Positions 38,673-49,026 of a stretch of DNA of 64,000 bases are shown piece after piece. This DNA comes from Ostreococcus lucimarinus. Lineage: Eukaryota. The notes below the pieces were generated by a model. It had not been told where the DNA came from and did not search any database. It saw nothing but the letters and a program-made list of their open reading frames with translations. Position 1 is the first letter of the stretch. Each line of letters opens with the position of its first letter. The translations under genes and the position numbers were made by a program. The stretch lies in the NCBI GenBank assembly GCA_000092065.1, contig CP000581.1. The stretch is one strand, 5' to 3'.

Positions 38673-40637
38673 CTACCAAGCGTCGACAAAATATCGACCA
38701 GTCGTTTCTAATTTAGTCATGTATCGTGCGCTTGCGTCCTCGTCGAGCAATCCTTGCTCGCGCACGACCTCCTGGATCGCTTTGTGCACGGCCGCGGGCA
38801 TCTTTTCTGCCGATCCAGCTACGAAGACTTTCGCTCCAGCCTCGAGCAAGGACCATATACGTTTCGCTTCATCCTTGACGCAATCTTGCACGTATCGCTT
38901 CTTCGCCTCTGGCACCATGCGAGAAAACGCGACGACAACACCTCCGAGTGAATCGCCGCCAGAACCAATTAAAGAGCCATCTTTTTCAATTTGTTTCCAC
39001 TCTTCCTTATATAAATAATCGTGCCGTGCGTGACGGCATCCAAACACGACCAATGCGCTTGCCGTGGAGGATTGCAGCACGCGTGCTCGAACAAAGGATC
39101 GAAATGGTGCGATACCAGTGCCCGGACCGATGAGAATCAATGGGGTCTCGGGTGGTGGTAAACTGATGCTTCCTTTGGTGATAGAGTATTTCACGCGCGT
39201 GCCAACGTCCAAAGAGTTCAGCCAGGAAGAACATAATCCTTTCCGCGCCCGTTTCATCGGTGTCACCCATTCCGCAGCGGCAACGGTGATGTGCGTCGCC
39301 GCCGTCCGCTCAGTATCCGCTGGAGAAGACGATATGGAATAATATCGCGGATGCAAGTGAGGAGCTACTTGCAAAAGCCACGCCAGTGACGGTTTTAACG
39401 ACGGAAAATCGTCGAATATTTCACACACCGTCCTTCGCTCGCGCTGATTGTACTTGTACAAATCCACAGCGCCCTCTGCCGAGGCAAAGTACTGAAGACG
39501 CTCCTTTTCGTGTTCGCTTTCGGCAAAATGACTCATGACCTCAAAAAAGTAACGTCTTGGGGATGCAGAATCCACATCGATCGCACCTGCGAGTAAGTAC
39601 TTGACCTGAATCAACGGGAACAATGCAGCCTTCGTCTCGGGCGCCGACGAAGGATAAACGCGCACCCAAGCATCCGGAGACATGCCCAGACGCTCAATCA
39701 GAGCCGAGACTTTGGCGTCGGCGGCACGCGTTGCGAAAGGTATCACGCCTAACACATCACCTGCTTCGTAGTGCGCGATCGAGGCGTCTAAGGTTTGAAA
39801 TTCTAGGTGACGAACCTCCTTGACGGCGTCGTCACTCGTCAAACATCTATTCTCACTCACGAATCCATCGTAATACGTTGTGTCGCGCGATTCGCGAGCT
39901 TCGTACTCAGCTTTTGAGAATGAAGTGCTAGCGTCGCTCGCATCAGCCGCCGCGAGCGCGAGTCGCAACGCCGTGTGTGCCTCCATCAGGCGTTCTCCGC
40001 TCGCCTCGACAATGCCCTCTGCGCAGGCAACCTCTTCCACGACGAATCTACAAGCGGGTAACGGCGCACTCGAGAGCTCGGCCTCGGTGAGGTCTTTCAA
40101 GTGCGGTGGCAACGGAAATATCTCGCGCATAGATTTCCACAACTCTCTCAACCACGGATTCAACGCCGCCTCGTACCCAAGTGGGTGCTGGTCATCTCCC
40201 AACCCAAGCGCTTCAATCGCGTTTGCCCCGAGCCCTTGCAGGCGCCGAAAAAGTTTTTTAGCGGTGACGTTATATTTTTGATATCCCGAATCGCCCAACC
40301 CGAACACGGCGTAGGACATGTTCGTCAGAGACGTCGCGGACAAACTCCGCCGCAGCAAAAATCTCCAAAAGCTCTTCATGTTCCTCGGTTCGTCACCCTG
40401 TCCTGTGGTGGACGTGACAAACACCACGCACCGCTCGCGAGGTAACGTTCGCACGTCATATCCCTCCATGGTCATGAGCACGGGGGCGTAATGCTTGAGC
40501 TTGGCCTCTCTCACGACGCGCTCCGCGACGTCTTGCGCGTTCCCAGTCTCCGAACCGTAGAGCACGAGCACGCGACGAGCGGGCGATGCGCCCGACGCGT
40601 CCGATGCGCCCGATGCGCCCGCGCCTGCGCTCACCAT
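38673..40637 (-). CDS. NDOR1: NADPH-dependent diflavin oxidoreductase (NDOR1/Tah18/ATR3)
   Basis: There is an N-terminal flavodoxin domain ('VLVLYGSETGNAQDVAERV'). The FAD/NADPH domain has 'RYYSISSSP', 'GPGTGIAPFRSF' and a C-terminal '...RYFVDAW'. Confidence 0.85.
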   Translation of the reverse strand: MVSAGAGASGASDASGASPARRVLVLYGSETGNAQDVAERVVREAKLKHYAPVLMTMEGYDVRTLPRERCVVFVTSTTGQGDEPRNMKSFWRFLLRRSLSATSLTNMSYAVFGLGDSGYQKYNVTAKKLFRRLQGLGANAIEALGLGDDQHPLGYEAALNPWLRELWKSMREIFPLPPHLKDLTEAELSSAPLPACRFVVEEVACAEGIVEASGERLMEAHTALRLALAAADASDASTSFSKAEYEARESRDTTYYDGFVSENRCLTSDDAVKEVRHLEFQTLDASIAHYEAGDVLGVIPFATRAADAKVSALIERLGMSPDAWVRVYPSSAPETKAALFPLIQVKYLLAGAIDVDSASPRRYFFEVMSHFAESEHEKERLQYFASAEGAVDLYKYNQRERRTVCEIFDDFPSLKPSLAWLLQVAPHLHPRYYSISSSPADTERTAATHITVAAAEWVTPMKRARKGLCSSWLNSLDVGTRVKYSITKGSISLPPPETPLILIGPGTGIAPFRSFVRARVLQSSTASALVVFGCRHARHDYLYKEEWKQIEKDGSLIGSGGDSLGGVVVAFSRMVPEAKKRYVQDCVKDEAKRIWSLLEAGAKVFVAGSAEKMPAAVHKAIQEVVREQGLLDEDASARYMTKLETTGRYFVDAW

Positions 40638-40782
40638 CGCGATCGAGTGACGCGCACCGACCTAGTTTGCGCCGCGCGATGGCGACCCAAAATGCGGCTG
40701 CAGGCCGCTGGTGCGGCCGCCCACGAAACGCCAGTGCGCGGCGGTCGTGGGCGCCGGTGCACCGTCGAAGCGCGGTCCAACC

Positions 40783-41256
40783 ATGGCGACCGCTAGAGAC
40801 GATGGTCGTTTCAATCCCAGTCCTGCGCTCGCGCGCGACGTCGAGGCGTCGGGCGCGCGATATCCACCGGTTAAAGTTCGCGCGGCCTCGCTGGGAACCG
40901 TCAAGGCGCGCGCGCTGCATCACCAAGCCACGGAAGAAATGGTGCGAGATTTGTTAAAGTACGACGAAGTGCCGGGAATAACGAACATGTCGCACGTCGC
41001 TTTGCCCCCGGGCACCGTTATCGATCGTCACGTCCATCCGAGCAAGTACGAGGTATTCTTCGTGCAAAGCGGACGAGGTGCGTTCAAGGTGTGGAGACGC
41101 AAAGCGAGCGAAGCGGAAGAGGCGCGAGAAGAAATTGACCTCAGACCTGGTGTGAGCGTATACGTTGGACCGGAAGAACCTCACGAGATTATCCCGCATG
41201 GTGAGGACGAGCCGTTGATGATGTTGTACTTTGGCGTCGTAGCGCCAGAACCTTGA
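40783..41256 (+). CDS. cupin-domain protein
   Basis: 'IDRHVHPSKYEVFFVQSGRG...PEEPHEI' is cupin_2-like, with its His/Glu metal ligands. The start is trimmed to 'MATARDDG'. Confidence 0.55.
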   Translation: MATARDDGRFNPSPALARDVEASGARYPPVKVRAASLGTVKARALHHQATEEMVRDLLKYDEVPGITNMSHVALPPGTVIDRHVHPSKYEVFFVQSGRGAFKVWRRKASEAEEAREEIDLRPGVSVYVGPEEPHEIIPHGEDEPLMMLYFGVVAPEP

Positions 41257-41347
41257 GGTCGCCGGCGTTTCTCTCGCGTCGCGGCGATGCTGTCCGTATT
41301 ATTATTAGTTGTTGTAAACGATGAAGGAAGTAGGAACTCATATTGAG

Positions 41348-43639
41348 CTAGTGAAACGATTTCGACTGTACGGCGAACGTGTGCTGTACTTGCGCGATTG
41401 GTATCGCATCGGATGTTTTATTGTCTCCAAGTGCTGCCTTGAGAGACGACAGTCCCTCAACCACATGTGCTTCAAGTTCTCGCCAAGTTCGTAACACGAG
41501 CTCGTGGACAATCAAATCTTTCATCAAGGTTTTTGCACAAGCTTCGACACTCTTTTCAACGCCCCGAACGTTCGGAATGGCGATCTTATACAGCTTGAGT
41601 AGGTGTGCGCGGCGGTCGCCGGCAGGCTGAAACGTTCCCACACTCGAGCCCGAGCGCAAAGCGTGGATCTCCCCGAAGAGCTTTCCAAAATGCTTTTCGC
41701 AAACCTCCGCGACGTAAGTTGAGCTCGCTAAAGTCATGAATCCGTCCAATTGCGCCGCTAGTCCGGCAGAAACGTCGCCTTCATTCTCACCTCTTTCGAA
41801 ACACCGAGCAAGTGAAAAATAGCCTTGAAGTCTTACTCTGTCATGTCTGAGTGAAGTCGTGAGTTTCGATTCGAGTAAAAGTAGAGATGAGGCATAAAAT
41901 TACCTCTTGGATACCGCACTCGCTGTATGTTCTATGTGCGTGCACGCTACATCACACATCGACAGAAAACAAGCATCAGCTGAGTGTTCACCATTTGCCG
42001 CAAACACGTTTTGAAGCTGCATATGAGCTGAAATAATTTTTCTCAACGGATCGAGCTCTGGCATGCGAAACTCATATTCTCCACCCGAATTGCGCGTCGA
42101 TGATTGCTTCGAGCGAAGCGCACTCAGCTCTCGAGCGAATTCCTGCGCAGCGCTGTTGATGTGCGCTTCTACGACGACCTGTAATTAAATCAAATAAATA
42201 AATCAAATCGAGCGCAGAGAAAACAATGCGATGACGCACCTGAAAGTTATTGACGCTTTCAGTCAACGCATATTGACCTAGAGCGTGCGTCGATGCAGAA
42301 GTATCAATCAAAGCCGCCAGAAACGCCACGCAAAGTGCGCTATTGGTCGCAATCGATTGTTCAATTAAATCGAGCAAACATCCCTCCAATCCTGTAATTA
42401 TTTCCTGATGATAGAATTCGCGATTATTCGACGCGATTCGGAATGTCGTGCCGAGAAACGTTTCCACCGTATTTCCCACAGTCTCCATGGCTGCAATCGC
42501 TGTCCTTAGCGCTTGAAACGCGACCTGCGAATTAATTATTTAATTTCATCCAACATCGTTCATTGAAATCGAGAAGAACTCACGTTTATGGCATCTGCTT
42601 CAGTATCTTGTTTGTCGATCGCGTCCATAATCATCACTATATCGCATCGCATCACTTCAACGCAGCTTTGGCAATATAGACGCGCGAAAGCATCCGCGGT
42701 TGTTGGACTTAATTCGGACAAAGCGTCAAATAATCTCTCGAATTTCTTTAAGTCGCTGCGTTTGTGAGCGATAGATGTGAGATTCGTGACAATATTTATT
42801 TCTGTCATGCACCGTACCTTTGTATTGCTTCCCACGTGTTCGCGTCGCTCATCGCTTTTTTTTGCGTCGACCATCGCACCCATCCCTGCAAGAAATATTA
42901 ATAAATTAATTCCAACGAGCAACACGATACACACCTCTGCGATCGCTCGCAAGCGCTCAAATACACGCTCAAACGCGTGCATGGCTATTACTTCTACTTG
43001 TTCGCGCGCTTCGACGGTGACTCGCATCGTCGCAATCCCTGCTGGTAAACCATCCCTACGTGAGACCGAGTTAGTTTCGGCGTGTAAAGTCGAAACGTCG
43101 CGCACAGCGTACCTCAGCTTTCTTTTGAAGTCCAACAGCCGACGCAGTGCGTCGTAGATGGTCAAAATGCCTCGTTCATCATCGAGTGAATGCTCGCGGA
43201 CTGCACGCTCGACACCAACAGGTAACTCTAACTCCCCAAGCAAGCCCCGCACGGCAGCTGCGAGCGCTCGCTTGTTCTCGTTGGAGACGTCTCGCTTGTC
43301 GTCTCTGCCTTTGATAATCTCGATGTTCCTACGCATATTAACCAGTTTTGTTTCAAACACCGTGGACCACGCGTTCACGTCCTCCATCGAGCGTTCGACT
43401 TCGGATACGTACGCGGACAACGAAGCCATGACGCTTCCCGATGACTCCAACGCGTCAGAGAGAGCGCGGTCGGCGTCTTCAAGCTCGAGCTTTAGGATCC
43501 TATCCAAGCTCGAGATCCCTTCCGTCGTCGCATGACGAGTGCTTTCGAACAGCTCGCCGATCACTCGCTCCTCTTCCTCCTTCAACACGCGCGTGGACGT
43601 GCTCGACACCTCTTCCGTCGTCGTCCCCGCGAGCCGCAT
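41348..43639 (-). CDS. five-exon gene encoding a coiled-coil/helical-bundle protein (CATCHR tethering-subunit-like, identity uncertain)
   Basis: The exons are 43639-42931, 42885-42584, 42524-42240, 42178-41904 and 41846-41348. They are joined by four short AT-rich GT-AG introns with consistent phase, giving 689 aa. The N-terminus is coiled-coil and the remainder is α-helical. Confidence 0.5.
41847..41903 (-). other. intron 4 (57 nt)
   Basis: On the minus strand the sequence runs 'gtaattttatgcctcatc...cttcactcag'. Confidence 0.65.
42179..42239 (-). other. intron 3 (61 nt)
   Basis: On the minus strand the sequence runs 'gtgcgtcatcgcattg...tttgatttaattacag'. Confidence 0.7.
42525..42583 (-). 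other. intron 2 (59 nt)
   Basis: On the minus strand the sequence runs 'gtgagttcttctcg...aattaattcgcag'. Confidence 0.65.
42886..42930 (-). other. intron 1 (45 nt)
   Basis: On the minus strand the sequence is 'gtatcgtgttgctcgttggaattaatttattaatatttcttgcag'. Only this donor keeps the reading frame. Confidence 0.55.
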
Positions 43640-43745
43640 CGATGCGACTCGAGGTGGTTGGATTTGTTCGATTCTTTGCACCCGTCCCGACGCGCGAAGA
43701 CGGGTGTCGAGACCGTTTTGGACGTGAATTCTACTTGAGATAAAC

Positions 43746-43913
43746 TTTTTCCGCGCGTTCGCGCGCGTTCGCGCGAACCCACGCGCGTTCGCGCGAAAAG
43801 TCGAGTTTTGTGGACGCGAGCGCGCGCGCCTCGAGAGAGTTTTCGAAATTTCGAAACGCGAGCGCGGCGCCACAACTCGGCTCACGCGCGTCACGCGCGC
43901 GTGAAACGCGATG
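43746..43913. promoter_or_regulatory. cluster of E2F-like (TTTSSCGC) and CGCGCGTTCGCGCG elements in a divergent promoter
   Basis: 'tttttccgcgcg', 3x 'cgcgcgttcgcgcg', 'gcgcgaaaa' (= TTTTCGCGC) and tandem 'tttcgaaatttcgaaacgcg' lie between the CATCHR-like gene start (43639, minus strand) and the condensin H start (44282, plus strand). Confidence 0.4.
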
Positions 43914-44281
43914 TCGCGCGACGACGGAGGCGAGACGTGGACGGAAAACGTCTTTCCGCCCGCCAGTGCGCGCTCCCCCGCCCTGGCGCGCGACACCTCC
44001 GCGTCTCGATCCCGCGCTCGGTTGTCCGCGGAGACCGCGCGCGAGCGTCACGAGCGTCGCGCGCTCGATGCGGTGGATCGAATGGTGGTGAAATCCGCGA
44101 TGGAGGATTTGAGAAAGGTGGCCGATAGTTTAGACGCGGACGCGTGGATGTATCGACCGAAGCGCGAGGCGTGAGGACGGCGCAAAGTTCGAGGCGTCGG
44201 TTCTTCTCGACTTTTAGTCTAGCTCTAGTTTCCATGTATGATTCTTAGTCTGCGGCCATTTTTCATCGAAAAGGGGAACGA

Positions 44282-46384
44282 TTGAGTTCACCGCGAACGG
44301 GCGATTTGCGGCACTCGACGGCGCGTTCGCGGTACGAAGACGCGATGTCCGGCGTGTTGACGCCACACAATCAGAAAATTAAACGCGGTGGGCGGAAGAA
44401 GACCCCGCTGAGCCGATCACCCGCACCATCCGGACTGTTATCCCCGAACGATGATCAGCTGGAACGACAAAAATCGCTCCTGTCCCGCGAAGCGACGGAA
44501 GAGATGCGGCGGGATTTCGCCACCGAGCTCGAAGAAAATGCGGAATCTGCGCCGGTGAAGAAGCCGAGTAAACTCGAAGAACTCACCGGAGCGCCGCAAG
44601 CACCACCAAAACCGGTCAAGAAGCTGTCGGCGGACGCGGTTTTGAACCTCTACACCAACTGCATCAAGCTCGCGTCGGAGAACAAAATCAACGCCAAAAA
44701 CACATGGAGCCTGGCTTTGATCGATCACATCAGCGATATCGTGAAGAATGAAAAAGATGAAGACAATCAAACTAACTTTCAAAAGGCGAGCTGCACATTG
44801 GAAGCTGGTGTGAAGATTTATGCATCGCGCGTAGATTCGTTCCACAGCGAAACTTTCAAGATGCTCGGTGGGATGAACAAAGTCTCGTCCAACGGCGAAG
44901 AAGAAGAAGATGATGGACGACAAGGACTTGGAGACGGTGCGGATGGGAGTCAATTGCCGGAAGACGGCGATGGAGCGAAAACAAAGAAACGACGAGCGAC
45001 CGTAAACACTTTGGAGATGCCGGACGCACACTCGTTGAAGCAGCTCGACGAAACGTTAGTCGTCGATCCTCTTTTCCAAAAGACGAGTGCCATGTTTGAT
45101 GAAGGTGGTGCCTCAGGTCTTCTATTGACAAACTTAGCCGTACACAAAGGGTGCAATATTTGTTTTGACTCAGAAGAGGTGCCAGACTACACGAAGGGCG
45201 AGGACGCGCCGCTCACGGGGACGCTCGATCTCTCGTCGTTGCGTGCTTCAATCGAAGCTGCGACCACGGCCATGGCGTCGGTGTCGCGCATCACACCTTC
45301 TATCGATGAAGTTCAAGCTATGCTCACGGAAGTCACGGGTGTTGCTCCCACCAAGGCAACTGAAGAAAGCGCAGAGGGTGCGGGCTCATTCTTTACGGGT
45401 TCGTCGCTCGAAGGGATAAACTTGGCAGAATACGACGACGAAGATGAAGATATTGCGGAGGAGTCGCCAGAGGACTGGGCTGCCGGTGCTGATGGTTTCG
45501 AAGACGAAAATTGGGCGGAAGATGGCGACCATGGTACATCCATGGATGATGATACCGTTCTACCGACCCAAGAAGGTGGTTTGGAGTGGATCGTTTCATC
45601 TGGCTTAGGTGGCAAGATGGGCTGGGCTGGCCCGACACACTGGCAATTCAGAGCTCCACCTCGCGCCAAATCGAGTGCTAACGGCGAAGACGACGGTGAA
45701 AACAAAAACCAAAAGAAGAGAGGGAAGGGTGAGCTCACTTATGACTTTGAAAATCCGAGCGAGCTTGATGAACGAAGATTTGAACTCGCCGTCGACGAGG
45801 ACGACCTGTTGTTGGCCACAGCACCGAGTGCGTCCGACACTCTCCTTCCACCAGATCTCGGTTATGAACCATCCAATCTGATAAAACTTTTCTTGAAGTC
45901 TCAAAACGTGGCGAGCTTGGTAAATAGTGAATCCATGACGAATCAAGACGAGGAAGGGTTCACCTTTGGCGCAGATGAAGCTGGAGGCGAATTCGATGAT
46001 GGTGAGGAGCTGGTCGGTGAAGCGGGCGGGTGGTATGACGCCAATGAGTTAGGAGACGATGACGATTTTGTGGATGCCCCGCGACGTGTGGAAAAGATTG
46101 AGGTCAATTACGCTAGGACCACGAAGCAAGTGAACGTCCGCGCTCTCAAGCAAACGCTCTGGGCCAACCTCGAAGAATCAACGTCAGAGGAAGACGTGCA
46201 TTCTTTCAATGAGATGCTCCGGGAATTCCCCGTGAATAACCCAGCTGGACATGTTGAAGATATCAGCGTTCATATGGCGTTCATTTGCGCCCTTCACCTT
46301 GCTAATGAGCACGGTCTGGTCATCAAGAGCGTCCCTGCCATGGACGATTTATGCATCTCAAATGTTCCATGTTCAGTGAATTAG
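44282..46384 (+). CDS. CAPH: condensin complex subunit H (kleisin CAP-H/Barren)
   Basis: The N-terminal kleisin motif is 'LNLYTNCIKLASENKINAKNTWSLALIDHISDI'. An acidic central region follows, then the C-terminal winged-helix region 'VNVRALKQTLWANL...'. TGTAA is at 46399-46403, just after the stop. Confidence 0.8.
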   Translation: MSSPRTGDLRHSTARSRYEDAMSGVLTPHNQKIKRGGRKKTPLSRSPAPSGLLSPNDDQLERQKSLLSREATEEMRRDFATELEENAESAPVKKPSKLEELTGAPQAPPKPVKKLSADAVLNLYTNCIKLASENKINAKNTWSLALIDHISDIVKNEKDEDNQTNFQKASCTLEAGVKIYASRVDSFHSETFKMLGGMNKVSSNGEEEEDDGRQGLGDGADGSQLPEDGDGAKTKKRRATVNTLEMPDAHSLKQLDETLVVDPLFQKTSAMFDEGGASGLLLTNLAVHKGCNICFDSEEVPDYTKGEDAPLTGTLDLSSLRASIEAATTAMASVSRITPSIDEVQAMLTEVTGVAPTKATEESAEGAGSFFTGSSLEGINLAEYDDEDEDIAEESPEDWAAGADGFEDENWAEDGDHGTSMDDDTVLPTQEGGLEWIVSSGLGGKMGWAGPTHWQFRAPPRAKSSANGEDDGENKNQKKRGKGELTYDFENPSELDERRFELAVDEDDLLLATAPSASDTLLPPDLGYEPSNLIKLFLKSQNVASLVNSESMTNQDEEGFTFGADEAGGEFDDGEELVGEAGGWYDANELGDDDDFVDAPRRVEKIEVNYARTTKQVNVRALKQTLWANLEESTSEEDVHSFNEMLREFPVNNPAGHVEDISVHMAFICALHLANEHGLVIKSVPAMDDLCISNVPCSVN

Positions 46385-46479
46385 CGAATTTTGATTGATG
46401 TAAGAACAATAAGAAGCTAATTTTAGCCGCACTGAGATTTGAAAATTAATAATGCGAATGCTGCTTCGCCGCTACTCAA

Positions 46480-48261
46480 CTACTCGGCGGCTTTCGCCGC
46501 TGCTTCTTCACTTTCCCACTCGCCGCTCGAGTGGTTCATGAGGGCCCGCGTGATGTCCCCCTTCGCGCAACCTGCCTCGTTGAACTTGGCAATCGCGGCT
46601 ACTGCGTCGTCTTTCCAGTTCTTAACGCTTCGTGAGTGCTTCACCTGAGATTGCTCGTAGAGCACGTTGCCCCACAGGATTAAGATCTGCGCCTTGACAC
46701 CATTCGACTCTTCACTCTTCTCAGTTAGCACGACGTCTCTCTCAGCGGGTGGAAGCATCTCCATGGCCTCTTGGTACTTGGTGATGGCGAGGGCAAACAT
46801 TACGTCCGCGGTTTCCTCCGCCTTCTTGACCTCGGCACCTTTTACTTGACTAGACAAGTGGTGGTACAACTTGCCACGCTCGAACGCTTGCTGGCCCCAT
46901 GTGATGGGAGCTTCAAAATACGTCGGCTTAATTTTGAGAGAGGCCGCAAAACGTTCACAGCACGCCTCGTAATCTGCATCTAGCTCAGCCATGTGAAGTT
47001 TCGCAGCCACCATGAGCGCCTCATCACTCCCACTTACGCCGTCGTCATCCTGGCTCCCACAAGCATCGATGATTCTGCGTGAGTTGCACGCATACACATT
47101 ACCCCAGTTGAAGATGGCGGTGGCGGCAGCTTCTTGGAACTTATCAGTTGCACTGACGAGGAGTGCTTTCGACTCCGGCAAGCCCACAGTTTCTTCCAGC
47201 ACCTCGCAACACTTCTCAAGTCCGATTTCACGCAACTCAAGAGGGCCTTCCTTGGGCGCCAGGTCGCCAAGCCGCTTGCGGAAGAGCGATGCAAAACTAA
47301 GGAGCCACTCGTCAATTTCGATGACGTCTTCGTTGATCTCATCGTTTTCTTGCAATTGCGCTGGCTGTACTTGCTCGGGCGTTTCCAGAATCTCGGTATT
47401 AGACGCAAAAGCGGTGACTTGAATGACTGGGATCGATGTCTCTGCCTTTTCACCGCTCTCCTTGGCACGGTGCTCAGCCATGGCGGCGAAGTTCGTCAAG
47501 GCGGATCGTAAATCCATGCGAGATGTGATGGTGATGAAGTCATTGTCGAAGTCCTTGTACTTGACAGCTACGTGCGTTTTGATGTCAAACTCTTTCTTGA
47601 TGGAGTCCGTCAAGTCAGAATATTTCAGAGACACTGGAAGCTGAATGCTCTTGACTTCCCCTTCGTACGTGACGTCAAAGGTGAATTTCGTTTCGGCCGC
47701 TTGCTGTGCCGCTTGTTGACGAAGTACCTCGGCGCGTAACGCAGCGATTTGCTCCTTCGTGTACTTCTGAGCTGGTTGCTTACCGACGCCCGCTCCTCCC
47801 ATGCCCGCCGGACGGCTGGCTTTTGCGGCCTTGGCAGCCAAGGATTTCACCTTGTCCAATCGATTTCTCACAGAATCATCGGACGAATCGATCGCGAGGG
47901 CACGTTCGATATCTGTCTTGGCCTTGGTATACTCCTGCAGCGCCTCGTACGCCGTTGCGCGGCGCAGCAACGCTGGTTTGTAAGTGGGCTGCGCATCGAG
48001 CGCAGCATCACATTCGTTGATAGCCTGACTTGGGACACCTCCTCGCAAGTAAACCGCCGCCTTATTAGTTGCGATCGCAACGAATTCAGCACTCCCTCTG
48101 AGAGCGAGTTGCTGCGCCTTGTTATACTTGGCGAGCGCTTCGCCGTGGCTGCCCTTCGCAAACAAGACATCCGCTTCCAACTTTAGCTGTTGCGACTTCT
48201 TCGTGAACGCCGCGATCTCGCTCGTCGGACCCGGAATCTTCTTCTTCGTGACGGCGACCAT
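46480..48261 (-). CDS. TPR + PB1 domain protein (Phox-like)
   Basis: There are N-terminal TPRs, a central PB1 'KFTFDVTYEGEVKSIQLPVSLKYSDL...DFDNDFITITSRMDLRSA' and a C-terminal TPR-like helical region. Confidence 0.75.
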   Translation of the reverse strand: MVAVTKKKIPGPTSEIAAFTKKSQQLKLEADVLFAKGSHGEALAKYNKAQQLALRGSAEFVAIATNKAAVYLRGGVPSQAINECDAALDAQPTYKPALLRRATAYEALQEYTKAKTDIERALAIDSSDDSVRNRLDKVKSLAAKAAKASRPAGMGGAGVGKQPAQKYTKEQIAALRAEVLRQQAAQQAAETKFTFDVTYEGEVKSIQLPVSLKYSDLTDSIKKEFDIKTHVAVKYKDFDNDFITITSRMDLRSALTNFAAMAEHRAKESGEKAETSIPVIQVTAFASNTEILETPEQVQPAQLQENDEINEDVIEIDEWLLSFASLFRKRLGDLAPKEGPLELREIGLEKCCEVLEETVGLPESKALLVSATDKFQEAAATAIFNWGNVYACNSRRIIDACGSQDDDGVSGSDEALMVAAKLHMAELDADYEACCERFAASLKIKPTYFEAPITWGQQAFERGKLYHHLSSQVKGAEVKKAEETADVMFALAITKYQEAMEMLPPAERDVVLTEKSEESNGVKAQILILWGNVLYEQSQVKHSRSVKNWKDDAVAAIAKFNEAGCAKGDITRALMNHSSGEWESEEAAAKAAE

Positions 48262-49026
48262 GTTTACTTTTCCTTAAGCTGATCGAGCGCCTTTTTGGCG
48301 TTATCAAGCTCGCTAATGACGCGCTCGAGTTCTTCCCGCGAAAGCTCGAGGGACACTTGTCGTCTACTTTCAGACGAAGGTTGGTCGAGATGAAGTTCAA
48401 GTCTCACCAAAGACTCGTCGATGTTTGCGATTTTATCGCTCGACAGTACTCGATGAACCTGGTGAGCGCGTAAACGAGCGTAGACGTGTCAGTCCTCGGA
48501 GTCGATTTTGTGGAATGGACCTGGTTCCTTTGCCCACGTGGACGGTCCAAATGGGTCGATTACTCGTCGAAATCGCCCTTTGCGCCCGCTCTCGCGCGTT
48601 GTGCTCGGCGCGGTCGTGAAACAAATATTCATTCATCCACGACGTTGTCCATCGAGTCGCGCGCGCGCGTTCGAGCCGTCGGCGACGCCAAGTCTCGTCG
48701 TCCACGAAAGACCCTCGCGCGAGGGTTCTTCGCGTCGGCACGTCGGCGGACACGTTCGAGACCAGCGACGCGCGCGCGCGCGCTCGATGCGCGTCGAAAT
48801 CCGCGCGAAATGTGCAAATAATTTGTATCAACGCACCTTCCAATCGATATCGCCGAGCGTGCACGAACTCGCGTTTGAAGACGTCTCGCGCGTTGACATC
48901 AACCAGCGGCGCGCGCCGGTGTGACGTGCAAGGGGTTCATCTGGTTCTAACCCCAGGCGCGCGCGCGAGAGCGTGGTGGGATTTTTTGTTTTTCATGAAG
49001 CGTCGATTCGATGACAAAATCCTACA

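Noticed and set aside
43640-43996. N-terminal 119 codons of ORF 42560-43996
   Set aside because: It is low complexity and runs into the E2F-like promoter cluster. The start is placed at 43639.
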